From NCBI GenBank assembly GCA_041694835.1, contig JBGFRZ010000026.1, forward strand, positions 1 to 15,916: a DNA stretch of 15,916 nt, read 5' to 3'. Made by a program: the position numbers and the translations under genes. Below are positions 7,499 to 15,916 of this stretch, piece by piece. Below the pieces are notes generated by a model. It saw nothing but the letters and a program-made list of their open reading frames with translations, was not told where the DNA came from and searched no databases. The stretch is from Ignavibacteria bacterium. Its GTDB lineage: Bacteria > Elusimicrobiota > Endomicrobiia > PHAN01. Numbering within the stretch: the first letter of the stretch is position 1; each line of letters starts with the position of its first letter.

Positions 7499-8767
7499 TT
7501 ACTCGCTTTTAATTGACTGAAGAATCTCCGATACCTTTAAAAGCTCTATAGCCCTTTTTAAAACATCGTCCTCAACTTTATCTTTAATGGCAGACTCGGG
7601 TTCTTTTCCGGGAGCGTATATCTCCTCGGATTGTTGCTGAAGTTTGACCTCCGTTTCCCTCATAACAGCCACCGTTACATCCGGTTTTATTCCGCCTTCC
7701 TTCGTCTTTTCGTCTCTATGAATCATCCTGCCGGAGGGCGTATAGTATTTGGCTGTAGTGATGCGAATGGCATTGCCGTCTGCAAGAGGGAAGACCGCCT
7801 GGACGGAAGCCTTGCCGAAACTCTCGGTTCCGACGATTATCGCCCTTTTGTGATCCTGAAGAGCGCCAGCGAGAATCTCTGAACCGGAAGCTGAGCCGCG
7901 ATTTATGAGAACGGCCATCGGCACCTTCACATAATCCGAGCTTTTGCCCGTCCGATATTCTCTGAATGCGTTTTGCTTTCTTCCTTTTGTGTATACTATC
8001 AGTTTGTCGGAAGGCAAAAATTCTTTGCAGACATCAACAGCGATATCAAGAAGGCCACCTGGATTATTTCTTAAATCAAGCACCAAATACTTCATTTTTT
8101 TATCCGTAAGATCGCTCAGAGACTTTTTAATATCTTTCGCGGTGTTCCCCGAAAATTCGTTTATCTTCACATAGCCAACGGAATCAGAGAGCATCTTCGA
8201 TCTTATAGACTCTATCTTTATGATGTCCCTTGTTATGGTATATTCTATCGGTTCATTTACACCTTCCCTTAAAATCGTGATATTCACTTTGGTGCCGGGT
8301 GCACCCCTTAACCGCCTCACCGCCTCATTGATGCTCACGCCCTGAGTCGAATCTCCCTCTATCTTTATTATCTTGTCGCCAGGCAAGATACCGAGTTTAT
8401 ATGCCGGCGTTCCGGGTAGAGGCGTCACGACGGTAAGGACATTGTCCCTTATGGCTATGCGGATCCCGAGTCCGCCGAACTGACCTTCCGTCTCTGTCTT
8501 CATTTCTTTGAATTCTTGGGGTTCAAGAAATTGCGAAAAGGGATCAAGATTGCCGATCATCCCTTTAATCGCCGAAGTAAGCAGCTCCTTGTTTTCCTTC
8601 TCGTCGACATAGTTGTCTTTTACAATCCCCATAATCTCAACAAGCATTTTCAGTTGATCGTATGCTCTATCTATTTTTGTAGCGGCGTTTATTATCGGAT
8701 GAGAATCCCTGAATAGAAAAACCGACGCCGTTAAGAATATCAGCCCTATAAATATTTTTCTTCTCAT
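7499..8767 (-). CDS. S41A carboxy-terminal processing protease (CtpA-like)
   Basis: PDZ GGLGI, LDLRNNPGG, SASGSEI (Ser) and FGKASVQ (Lys). Start moved from 8860 to ATG 8767 because GGAGGA at 8778-8773 precedes it and a signal/anchor sequence (MRRKIFIGLIFL) follows. Confidence 0.93.
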   Translation of the reverse strand: MRRKIFIGLIFLTASVFLFRDSHPIINAATKIDRAYDQLKMLVEIMGIVKDNYVDEKENKELLTSAIKGMIGNLDPFSQFLEPQEFKEMKTETEGQFGGLGIRIAIRDNVLTVVTPLPGTPAYKLGILPGDKIIKIEGDSTQGVSINEAVRRLRGAPGTKVNITILREGVNEPIEYTITRDIIKIESIRSKMLSDSVGYVKINEFSGNTAKDIKKSLSDLTDKKMKYLVLDLRNNPGGLLDIAVDVCKEFLPSDKLIVYTKGRKQNAFREYRTGKSSDYVKVPMAVLINRGSASGSEILAGALQDHKRAIIVGTESFGKASVQAVFPLADGNAIRITTAKYYTPSGRMIHRDEKTKEGGIKPDVTVAVMRETEVKLQQQSEEIYAPGKEPESAIKDKVEDDVLKRAIELLKVSEILQSIKSE

Positions 8768-8788
8768 ACTTGTCCTCCTAATGTCGCA

Positions 8789-8814
8789 TCCCCGATATGT
8801 TTCGCTATCGGGGA
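8789..8814. repeat. Intergenic hairpin TCCCCGATA-N8-TATCGGGGA
   Basis: Perfect 9-bp stem with the same CCCGAT/ATCGGG core as 5162-5177; no U-tract. Confidence 0.65.
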
Positions 8815-8819
8815 CGAAT

Positions 8820-9962
8820 TTATTTTTCAAGCCACAAAATCGGATCGACAGGCTGGCCATCCACCCTTACCTCAAAATAAATTATGCCGTCGCCGTTTGA
8901 TGCTCCTATCTTTTGACCTGCTTTTACTTTCGTCTCATTATTTACACTTATTTCGTCGAGAAAACCATAAACGGTGTAAAATGCGCCTCTATGGTCAAGA
9001 ACAACCATCTGGCCGTAGCCCCTAAAAGGACCTGCGAACACACATTCTCCGTCGGCAACCGCATTCACGTCCGAACGCGATGAGGTTTTGATTCTTATCC
9101 CGTTCGATATCACCGGTGTGTCTATGTCCTCACGTTTGTTTTTGCCAAATTTTAAAACGACCTCTCCTTTAACCGGCCATGGAATAGTCCCTATCATTTT
9201 TGAAGCCTTCTTTCTGGCTTCTTCTTCGCGAAGAATTGACTCTTTTGTTTTCTTTTTTTTGCTTTCAATTCGCGCGATAAGATCATGGAGAGCTTTCGCC
9301 GTTTCGCCAAGCGATTTTATCTCCTCTTCTATTGCAACCCTTCTGGCGGTAGCGTCCATAAGCATCTTTTTCTTTTCTTCCTTCAGTGTTTTTTGCTGGG
9401 TGAGGTTTTCGTTAAGTTTCGACTTGAGCGACTCAAGTTCGCTTCGGTCTGACTGCCATCTGTTAACCATATTTTCGCACCGCTGCTCTTTGGTGCAGGC
9501 GGCTCTGTAAAGTTTCATCCTTTGTTCCATTATATCAGCCGACTCGAACACCCTGTTTTTGAAGGAAAAAACCCTCCAATAAGAGCGAAGAATCCAAAGG
9601 CTGTTTATGTCTTTTACTAGAGAGGAATGCCTATCTAAAACATAAATTTTTGCCGTCTCCAGCGATACTTTCGCCGACCTTAAAGCCGATTGGACTTTTT
9701 TAATCTGCGATTTTATCTCCCGATGCTTCATATTGAGCGAAGAGAGCGCCGAATCTATTCTTCTTAATCCTTTTTTAAAAATCTCTTCCTTCTTTCTCTC
9801 CTCGTCGCGGGCCGCTCTTTTCAGTTTTATCTCATTTTCCACTTTTCTTAACTCGGATGATTTGGATTTTATCTGCACATCATACTCCTTGATTTTTTTC
9901 TCGGAGGCTGGCAGACCCGCAAATGCCAAAAATAAAAAAATTAAAGCTAAATTAATCCTCAT
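8820..9962 (-). CDS. envC: Murein hydrolase activator EnvC-like protein (signal peptide, coiled coil, degenerate M23 domain)
   Basis: Long K/E-rich coil, then WPVKG, NGIRI, GYGQMVVLDH and YFEVR. Lacks the HxxxD/HxH zinc ligands, as EnvC does; lies next to an ftsX-like gene. Confidence 0.82.
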   Translation of the reverse strand: MRINLALIFLFLAFAGLPASEKKIKEYDVQIKSKSSELRKVENEIKLKRAARDEERKKEEIFKKGLRRIDSALSSLNMKHREIKSQIKKVQSALRSAKVSLETAKIYVLDRHSSLVKDINSLWILRSYWRVFSFKNRVFESADIMEQRMKLYRAACTKEQRCENMVNRWQSDRSELESLKSKLNENLTQQKTLKEEKKKMLMDATARRVAIEEEIKSLGETAKALHDLIARIESKKKKTKESILREEEARKKASKMIGTIPWPVKGEVVLKFGKNKREDIDTPVISNGIRIKTSSRSDVNAVADGECVFAGPFRGYGQMVVLDHRGAFYTVYGFLDEISVNNETKVKAGQKIGASNGDGIIYFEVRVDGQPVDPILWLEK

Positions 9963-10635
9963 AAATTACACAAGCCAACACTGAAAAAATCACAGAAACC
10001 AAAATTAAAAAATAATTATATTCAACCTGAAAATGCCTGAATAAAACGCCAACGAACGCCAGACAAAAAACGGATGTGGCAAAATAAACGAAAATTTTCG
10101 GTATAAAATTTTCGAGTTTGAATATAATGATATTTTTTTTGTATGTTCGGATAAACGCGAAAATTAAAGTGTAGGCAATAAGAAAAATTATAAATCCGTT
10201 TATAACGAACCTGAGTTTGTCAAGATTGTAATGAACATTAAGTGTTGTCTCGTCATAAACCACATCGCCGACCCCCTGAACTTTCGTAATTTTGCCCGCA
10301 ACGCCGCTGACGTCCAAATTTAATGTTTCAAGATAAACAAGAAGATAACCGCTGAAAGGATTCTCATCGAGTTTTATCCTATTTGAATAAATTTTGTCCT
10401 TCTTGAACTCTTCAAAAATCTCAAGTGGCGTAATTATCCTTACATCCGATACTTCGTCAAAAGAAATAATCCTGTCGGCTACAACATCTGGCTTGTCTTC
10501 TGCGGAAACCGCGACTGCGATGTTGAAATTTTTTTCGATAATATCCAAATACTTCGATGAAAGACCCCGCAAAAAAACTGCAAAAAAAATTATACATAGA
10601 AACACAAAAAAATTAATATACTTTAAAACTTTCAT
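9952..10635 (-). CDS. Short, divergent FtsX-like membrane protein
   Basis: N-terminal TM segment; extracytoplasmic loop with FtsX-like LDENPF and GVGDVVY; three C-terminal hydrophobic segments; directly upstream of envC. Confidence 0.65.
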   Translation of the reverse strand: MKVLKYINFFVFLCIIFFAVFLRGLSSKYLDIIEKNFNIAVAVSAEDKPDVVADRIISFDEVSDVRIITPLEIFEEFKKDKIYSNRIKLDENPFSGYLLVYLETLNLDVSGVAGKITKVQGVGDVVYDETTLNVHYNLDKLRFVINGFIIFLIAYTLIFAFIRTYKKNIIIFKLENFIPKIFVYFATSVFCLAFVGVLFRHFQVEYNYFLILVSVIFSVLACVIYED

Positions 10636-11513
10636 ATGTATGCTTTTATGTCGGGGGGTATAGGTGCAACAAACTCGACTTTTCTGTTTTTTGAAGGATG
10701 AACAAATTTTATCTTGTAAGCATGTAAAAGAGGTCTTGATGCTCCAGGATAAGCCCCGCCGTAGAGTGCGTCGCCCAAGACAGGATGATTAATGTATGAA
10801 AAATGCGCCCTGATCTGGTGCGTTCTTCCCGTCTTAGGTCTGACTTCGACTATGCTATGGTCATTGCCTTCCTTTATTTTTAAAACCTCGGTCGCCGAAT
10901 CCTTTTTAGTGCCGCTTCCAACTTCTATCTTAAACCTGTTCCTGATGCTTCTTCCAAGCGGAGCATCTATGAATGCCCTCTTAAAATCTGTTTTCCCTTT
11001 GATTACGGCAATATATGTTTTCTCGACGGTTCTTTTCTGAAACTGCCTTGTCAGTTTAAGCTTTGCCCTCTCACTTTTTGCAACGACAAGAATGCCGCTT
11101 GTGTCCTTGTCGAGCCGATGGATAAGATATGGAAAATACTTTCCAGCCGCACGCCAGACAAGGGCGTTTAAAATGGTTCCGTCGGGATGGCCGCATGCGG
11201 GATGTACCACGAGCCCCGGTTTTTTGTCTACTACAATTATATCGCCGTCCTCATAAATGATATCTATCGAAATGTTCTGCGGAGTAATGCCTGATTTGAC
11301 GGCCGGCTCAAACCAAAAAATAGTTTCACCGCCACTCAGTCGGCAGCTTTTTTGAGCTTTGGCATCGTTGACAAGCACTTTTCCTTCTTTAATTAAATTC
11401 TGGAAAAAACTTCTCGAAAATTCGGGGTTTGTCTTCGCAAGATAGGAATCCAGCCGCCACGGATGAGCGTGTATAGAAATTTCAACCTTTGTCATATGTT
11501 TTTTTTCTTCCAT
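10632..11513 (-). CDS. rluD: RluA-family pseudouridine synthase with S4 domain (RluD-like; alternative start 11495)
   Basis: Motifs RLDSYL, KKPGLVVHP, HRLDKDTSG (catalytic Asp), TGRTHQIR and GDALYG. Confidence 0.9.
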   Translation of the reverse strand: MEEKKHMTKVEISIHAHPWRLDSYLAKTNPEFSRSFFQNLIKEGKVLVNDAKAQKSCRLSGGETIFWFEPAVKSGITPQNISIDIIYEDGDIIVVDKKPGLVVHPACGHPDGTILNALVWRAAGKYFPYLIHRLDKDTSGILVVAKSERAKLKLTRQFQKRTVEKTYIAVIKGKTDFKRAFIDAPLGRSIRNRFKIEVGSGTKKDSATEVLKIKEGNDHSIVEVRPKTGRTHQIRAHFSYINHPVLGDALYGGAYPGASRPLLHAYKIKFVHPSKNRKVEFVAPIPPDIKAYI

Positions 11514-12259
11514 TTTTTAGAAAGTCCGACGAGAAGTATAATTGATACTACCATAAATATAGCGCTTATGAATCCCGCCAGCGTGATTCCAAAAATAAAT
11601 TTTTCATCCCACCTGAAAAATTCGAGATGAAACCTCACAAAAGAAAAAATGAAAATAAAAAATGAAAATAGTTCTCCGTCGTAATTTTTGATATCATACA
11701 ACGATTGCATTATAAGAAAAATCAGAAAATATGCGGCGAATTCATAAATCTGGGAAGGGTGCAACCCTATTCCTCTTATTGCCAATGAATCGGGATTAGT
11801 GAAATAAACCGCCCAGGGCAATGTGCATGCTTTTCCGTAACAGCAGCCAGCAAAAAAACAGCCGATTTTTCCTATAGAAAAACCCAAAGCGATTGAGGGG
11901 GCGGAGGCATCGGCAAACTTCAATAATGGAAAATCCCGGTGTGTAAGGGTAAAAAAAACGACAGCGACAATTGCTCCGATAAAGCCGCCATAAAAATGAA
12001 AGCCGCCTTCCCAAACTCTGAAAACATCTACAATATGTCCGCTATAGCTTTTCCAGTTGGACATTACATAAAGCAGCCGAGAACCCACCACGGCCGAAAG
12101 GAGAATCCACAAGAAAAGTTTGTCCACCGTGTCATCGGAAATATCTAATTTTCTCGTCTTTTTTTTCAAAAAAAGAAGACCGCAAATAAAAGCGATGGCG
12201 AGAAAAAACCCGTATGCTCTTATGTATAACGGACCAACTCTAAAAAGTGTCGGAAACAT
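11492..12259 (-). CDS. lgt: Prolipoprotein diacylglyceryl transferase
   Basis: Motifs IRAYG, GSRLLYV, WEGGxxFYGG, IGKIGCFxxGCCYG, HPSQIYE and RFxxEFFR. Confidence 0.95.
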   Translation of the reverse strand: MFPTLFRVGPLYIRAYGFFLAIAFICGLLFLKKKTRKLDISDDTVDKLFLWILLSAVVGSRLLYVMSNWKSYSGHIVDVFRVWEGGFHFYGGFIGAIVAVVFFTLTHRDFPLLKFADASAPSIALGFSIGKIGCFFAGCCYGKACTLPWAVYFTNPDSLAIRGIGLHPSQIYEFAAYFLIFLIMQSLYDIKNYDGELFSFFIFIFSFVRFHLEFFRWDEKFIFGITLAGFISAIFMVVSIILLVGLSKKWKKKNI

Positions 12260-12264
12260 AATTT

Positions 12265-12768
12265 TTACTCACTGACACAATTTTTTCTTAATATCTTGCG
12301 CTCAAAAAGAGATTTAAGTATGCCATAAAACAGCAAAAAGCCGCCTATCGTTATCGACACATCGGCTATATTAAAAATGGGCCACCTATTTCTGCCCACT
12401 CCAAAATCGAGAAAATCAACAACAGCCCCCAGAAAAATTCTGTCTCCGAGGTTCCCTATGGCGCCGGCCATAATGAGCGTCCACGCTATAATTGTAACTT
12501 TGTCAGTTTTAAACTTGCTGTAGTTTACAAAAAGAAAAACTAATGCCAGAACATTCAACGTCAGAAAAACATAGTTGCCGCCTTCGTGATTAGCGAACAG
12601 TCCCCACGCTATGCCCTTGTTTTCGACATAAGTTATACTGAAAAACGACAGAATTTCTATCTCTTCGCCAAGACCCATAAATCCTCTCACGAAGAGTTTT
12701 GTCAGTTGGTCAAAAAACACCACAGCACCGCCCAATACTGAAAGTTTTCTCATTTCAATTCGCTCCAA
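12265..12768 (-). CDS. lspA: Signal peptidase II (alternative start 12753)
   Basis: Motifs DQLTK, NKGIAWG, GAIGNLGDR, VVDFLD and FNIAD; follows ileS. Confidence 0.96.
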   Translation of the reverse strand: MERIEMRKLSVLGGAVVFFDQLTKLFVRGFMGLGEEIEILSFFSITYVENKGIAWGLFANHEGGNYVFLTLNVLALVFLFVNYSKFKTDKVTIIAWTLIMAGAIGNLGDRIFLGAVVDFLDFGVGRNRWPIFNIADVSITIGGFLLFYGILKSLFERKILRKNCVSE

Positions 12769-12769
12769 T

Positions 12770-15559
12770 TTATTTTATCACAGAATAACACCTTGAACAG
12801 ACATCAAGTTTTTCAGGATTTTTCGAAACATCTTCTCTGTAATTCCAACATCTTGAACATTTATTGAAATTAGATTTTTGAACTTCTATTATTGTTTCTT
12901 TGCCCAACGGTTTTTTTATAATCACTTTTGAGACGATAAACACCATCGAAAGGGTGTTAGCGTATTTCTCGAGGAGTTTTTGTTCCTCTTCATTGCCCGG
13001 AGCAATCGTTATCTCACACTCAAGCGAAGAACCGACCGTTTGCTGGACTCTCAATTTTTCTATCTCATAGTTTACCAGATTTCTTATCTCCCATATACGG
13101 AGAATTTCCAAATATCTCGTTTCGTCAAAAATGCAATTTTTTAAGTCCGAAAAGTCAAAGAGAAAAACACTTTCCGCAACATTGAGGTTTCTATCGTTTT
13201 TGTAACTCTTCCACGCATCCTCGGCGGTGAAAGGCAAAATCGGGGCGATGTATTTCTCCATACACAAAAATATATCTTCAAGCGTTGATTGTGCAGACCG
13301 CCGTTCATAAGAGTTGTTTTTATATGTGTAGAGGCAATCCTTGAGTATATCAAAATAAAAAGAACTCAGGTCGTTGACGCAGAAGTTATTGAGATGATAT
13401 ATGACTTTGTGAAATTGAAATAACTCATACTCTCTCTCGAAAACTCCCGTTATTTTAGAAAACCTATAAAGCATAAATCTGTCTATCTCTCTCCTTTTTT
13501 CGTAACTTATTTTTTCAGTCGGAGGAAATTCTGATATATTGCCAAGAATGTATCTGACGGTATTTCTTATTTTTCTATAAATCTCCACAAGCCCGCTCAG
13601 GATTTCCTTCGAGAGTCTTATGTCTTCCGAGTAGTCGGAGCCCGCCACCCACAACCTGAGTATGTCGGCGCCAGATGAACCGATTATCTCTTCGGGTGAA
13701 ATGACATTGCCCTGTGATTTTGACATTTTTTTTCCTTCGCCGTCAACCACAAATCCATGCGTCAAAACGATTTTATAAGGCGCAGAGTTTTTCAAAGCGA
13801 CGGAAGGTATAAGCGATGTCTGAAACCATCCTCTGTGCTGGTCGGACCCTTCAAGATAGATGTCCGACGGAAAATCGAGTTCCTTAAAGTTTTCCTTGTT
13901 CAGAACGGCGAAACTTGAAACCCCGGAGTCAAACCAGACATCAAATATGTCGTTTTCCTTCCTGAATTTTGTACCGGAACATTTCTGACATTCGATTTTC
14001 CAGTCGTTTTTTTCCAAAAGCGATATTATATCTGCGGCAGTTTTTTCATACCATATGTCCGAGCCGTTTTCTTTAAAAAGTTTTGAAACAGATTTAATTA
14101 TGCGAACGTCAAGTATGGGCTTATTACAACTTTCGCAGTAAAAAACGGGTATGGGTGTTCCCCAGAGACGTTGTCTGGAAAGACACCAATCGGGTCTTTG
14201 TTCCACCATCGAAGAAATTCTTTTTTTGCCGTAGTTGGGAATCCATCTGACTTTTTCTATTTCAGTAAGGAGTTTTTCTTTTAAGTTCGAGCTGTTTACA
14301 TCGAGAAACCACTGCTCTGTGGCTCTGAAAATGATTGCTCTTTTACACCTCCAGCAGTGGGGATACGAGTGGGTGAGTTTTTCATCCGTCAAAAGATACC
14401 CGCTTTTTTGAAGTTTTTCAACTATTAGATGATTTGCCGCAAAAACTTTGTGTCCTCTAAATTCATTTGCATCTTCTGTAAACACTCCGGCATCATCCAC
14501 GGGGGAAATAACGGGGAGGTTGTATTTTAAGGCAACTTGATAATCATCGACACCATGACCCGGTGCGATATGTACAACACCGCTACCGTCCTCCATGCTG
14601 ACAAAATCAGCGAGCACTCCTTTCGATTCTCTGTTCATTAAAGGATTTTTACAGACAATTCCTTCGAAATCCGAGCCCTTTTTCTCTGCAATAACTTCGT
14701 AATTCTTAATTTTCAATTTCTCGTTCAAACTCTGCATTCTTTTTTTTGCCAGAATCCATATCTCTTTTTCATCGGTTTTCAAAAAAACATAATCCTCTTC
14801 GGGATTGAAAGCGAGCGCAACATTCGCAGGAAGCGTCCACGGGGTCGTGGTCCAGATAATAACAGCAGGGGATAGGGGATAGGGGGTAGGGGATATGGTA
14901 GATGGAAGTTTAATCACGGGGAATTTTACAAATATAGAATGGGAAATGTGGTCCGCATATTCAACTTCGGCGTCGGCAAGAGCGGTCTGACAAGTTGGAC
15001 ACCAGTAAACCGGTTTTTTCTTTCTGTAAATGAAATTTTTTTCTGTAAGTTTGCCGAAAACATCTATTATCGCCGACTCATAGTACGGAGAGAGCGTTAA
15101 ATACGGATTCTCCCAGTCGCCAAAAATACCGAGTCGCTTAAATTCTTTCTTCTGAACTTCGACGAATTTTATGGCAAATGACGCTGCCTTTTTTCTGAAC
15201 TTCACAGGCTCTATCTGATTTTTTTCGATTTTGAGTTCCTTGAGAAGTTGCTGCTCTATGGGAAGTCCGTGGCAGTCCCATCCCGGAACATAAGGGCAGT
15301 GCATTCCCCCGGACATTTTAAATTTGACAATTATGTCCTTCAGGATTTTATTGAGAGCGTGTCCTATATGGATGTGGCCGTTCGCATAAGGTGGGCCGTC
15401 GTGAAGGATAAATTTTTTACTGTCTGAATTTTTGTTTTTGACTTTTTCGTAGACCGCCTCTTTTTCCCAGAAATCCAATATCTGAGGTTCCTTTTTCTGT
15501 AGTTCGCCCTTCATCGAAAAAGAGGTCTTCGGCAGATTTACTGTTTTTGAATAGTCCAT
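12770..15559 (-). CDS. ileS: Isoleucine--tRNA ligase, type 1
   Basis: PPYANGHIHIGH (HIGH), GWDCHGLP, WTTTPW, KMSKS and C-terminal CSRCW...CSRC zinc motif. Start set at ATG 15559 (MDYSKTVNLPKT); the upstream extension runs through a repeat element. Confidence 0.97.
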   Translation of the reverse strand: MDYSKTVNLPKTSFSMKGELQKKEPQILDFWEKEAVYEKVKNKNSDSKKFILHDGPPYANGHIHIGHALNKILKDIIVKFKMSGGMHCPYVPGWDCHGLPIEQQLLKELKIEKNQIEPVKFRKKAASFAIKFVEVQKKEFKRLGIFGDWENPYLTLSPYYESAIIDVFGKLTEKNFIYRKKKPVYWCPTCQTALADAEVEYADHISHSIFVKFPVIKLPSTISPTPYPLSPAVIIWTTTPWTLPANVALAFNPEEDYVFLKTDEKEIWILAKKRMQSLNEKLKIKNYEVIAEKKGSDFEGIVCKNPLMNRESKGVLADFVSMEDGSGVVHIAPGHGVDDYQVALKYNLPVISPVDDAGVFTEDANEFRGHKVFAANHLIVEKLQKSGYLLTDEKLTHSYPHCWRCKRAIIFRATEQWFLDVNSSNLKEKLLTEIEKVRWIPNYGKKRISSMVEQRPDWCLSRQRLWGTPIPVFYCESCNKPILDVRIIKSVSKLFKENGSDIWYEKTAADIISLLEKNDWKIECQKCSGTKFRKENDIFDVWFDSGVSSFAVLNKENFKELDFPSDIYLEGSDQHRGWFQTSLIPSVALKNSAPYKIVLTHGFVVDGEGKKMSKSQGNVISPEEIIGSSGADILRLWVAGSDYSEDIRLSKEILSGLVEIYRKIRNTVRYILGNISEFPPTEKISYEKRREIDRFMLYRFSKITGVFEREYELFQFHKVIYHLNNFCVNDLSSFYFDILKDCLYTYKNNSYERRSAQSTLEDIFLCMEKYIAPILPFTAEDAWKSYKNDRNLNVAESVFLFDFSDLKNCIFDETRYLEILRIWEIRNLVNYEIEKLRVQQTVGSSLECEITIAPGNEEEQKLLEKYANTLSMVFIVSKVIIKKPLGKETIIEVQKSNFNKCSRCWNYREDVSKNPEKLDVCSRCYSVIK
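14867..14908. repeat. In-frame heptamer tandem repeat inside ileS
   Basis: AGGGGAT AGGGGAT AGGGGGT AGGGGAT ATGGTAG ATGGAAG = 42 bp, encoding LPSTISPTPYPLSP. Confidence 0.85.
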
Positions 15560-15567
15560 AACATAAT

Positions 15568-15797
15568 GAGACCACTGAAAAACCTCACCACAGAGGCACC
15601 ATGAACACGAAGAAAAAACTTTACCACGAAAGCACAAAAGTTAGAAATCACGAAAAAAGTCCCCAATTTCGCGTTTTCGTGTCTTCGTGGTTCAGAGTTT
15701 TAATAACACAAAACTCACATCTTCGTGGGTGATTTCTCTGTGAAGTTCTCATTTTTCTTTGTGTCTTGTGTGGTAGAAGAACTTTTTCAATAATCTC
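15568..15797. mobile_element. 230-bp MITE-like element with 5-bp ATAAT duplication and nested palindromic short repeats
   Basis: Ends GAGACCACTGAAAAA and GAGATTATTGAAAAA (12/15); ATAAT at 15563-15567 and 15798-15802; internal CAC(G/A)AA and TT(C/T)GTG arrays in inverted orientation. Confidence 0.78.
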
Positions 15798-15802
15798 ATA
15801 AT

Positions 15803-15916
15803 GAGAGCGTTGAAAAACCCTCTTTAGTTCTTTGAAATAATTCTCGTCGGTAAATCCGACGATAAAACATTTGCATTTTCTCTCCGGAATTGCTATAATA
15901 TTTCTGACGAAAACAA
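15803..15916 (+). mobile_element. Left end of a further element of the same family, running out of the window
   Basis: GAGAGCGTTGAAAAACCC follows directly after the ATAAT that closes the previous element. Confidence 0.6.
15871..15899 (+). promoter_or_regulatory. Putative sigma70 promoter with extended -10
   Basis: TTGCAT (15871-15876), a 17-bp spacer ending in TGC, then TATAAT (15894-15899). Confidence 0.65.

Noticed and set aside
8768-8860. N-terminal extension of the S41 protease ORF
   Set aside because: It overlaps envC and a hairpin; ATG 8767 has a good ribosome-binding site and a signal/anchor sequence.
354-13353. Remaining short ORFs in the track (plus-strand and nested minus-strand)
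   Set aside because: All overlap well-supported genes and show no motifs of their own.
15560-15637. Cys-rich N-terminal extension of IleS
   Set aside because: It is translated repeat-element sequence; MDYSKTVNLP is the typical IleS start.
15560-15800. T-box riboswitch upstream of ileS
   Set aside because: No T-box core (GGUGG-ACC-like) on the minus strand; terminal repeats and a target duplication explain the structure better.

Overview
Bacterial chromosomal window in which all supported full-length genes lie on the minus strand. The right part (4083-15559) is a tightly packed housekeeping run: ileS, lspA, lgt, an RluD-like pseudouridine synthase, an FtsX-like protein, an EnvC-like M23 protein, a CtpA-like S41 protease, a YibQ-like deacetylase, tsaD and a DusB-like synthase. 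The left part holds an IS1595-family element (3237-4101), a decayed rtcB pseudogene with an apparent large internal deletion, and an intact fused trehalose-6-phosphate synthase/phosphatase gene; the rtcB/trehalose stretch looks more GC-rich. The least explained signal is non-coding. Several intergenic gaps contain small insertion elements. One family has ends of consensus GAGAnnnnTGAAAAA (six ends in the window); it sits next to ATAAT/TATAAT, twice directly behind promoter-like -10 boxes, and carries different short-repeat cargoes. There is also a MITE with an 8-bp target duplication and an in-frame heptamer expansion inside ileS. No CRISPR array, RNA gene or novel protein-coding system could be supported. 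All calls come from reading the sequence by eye; no searches were run.
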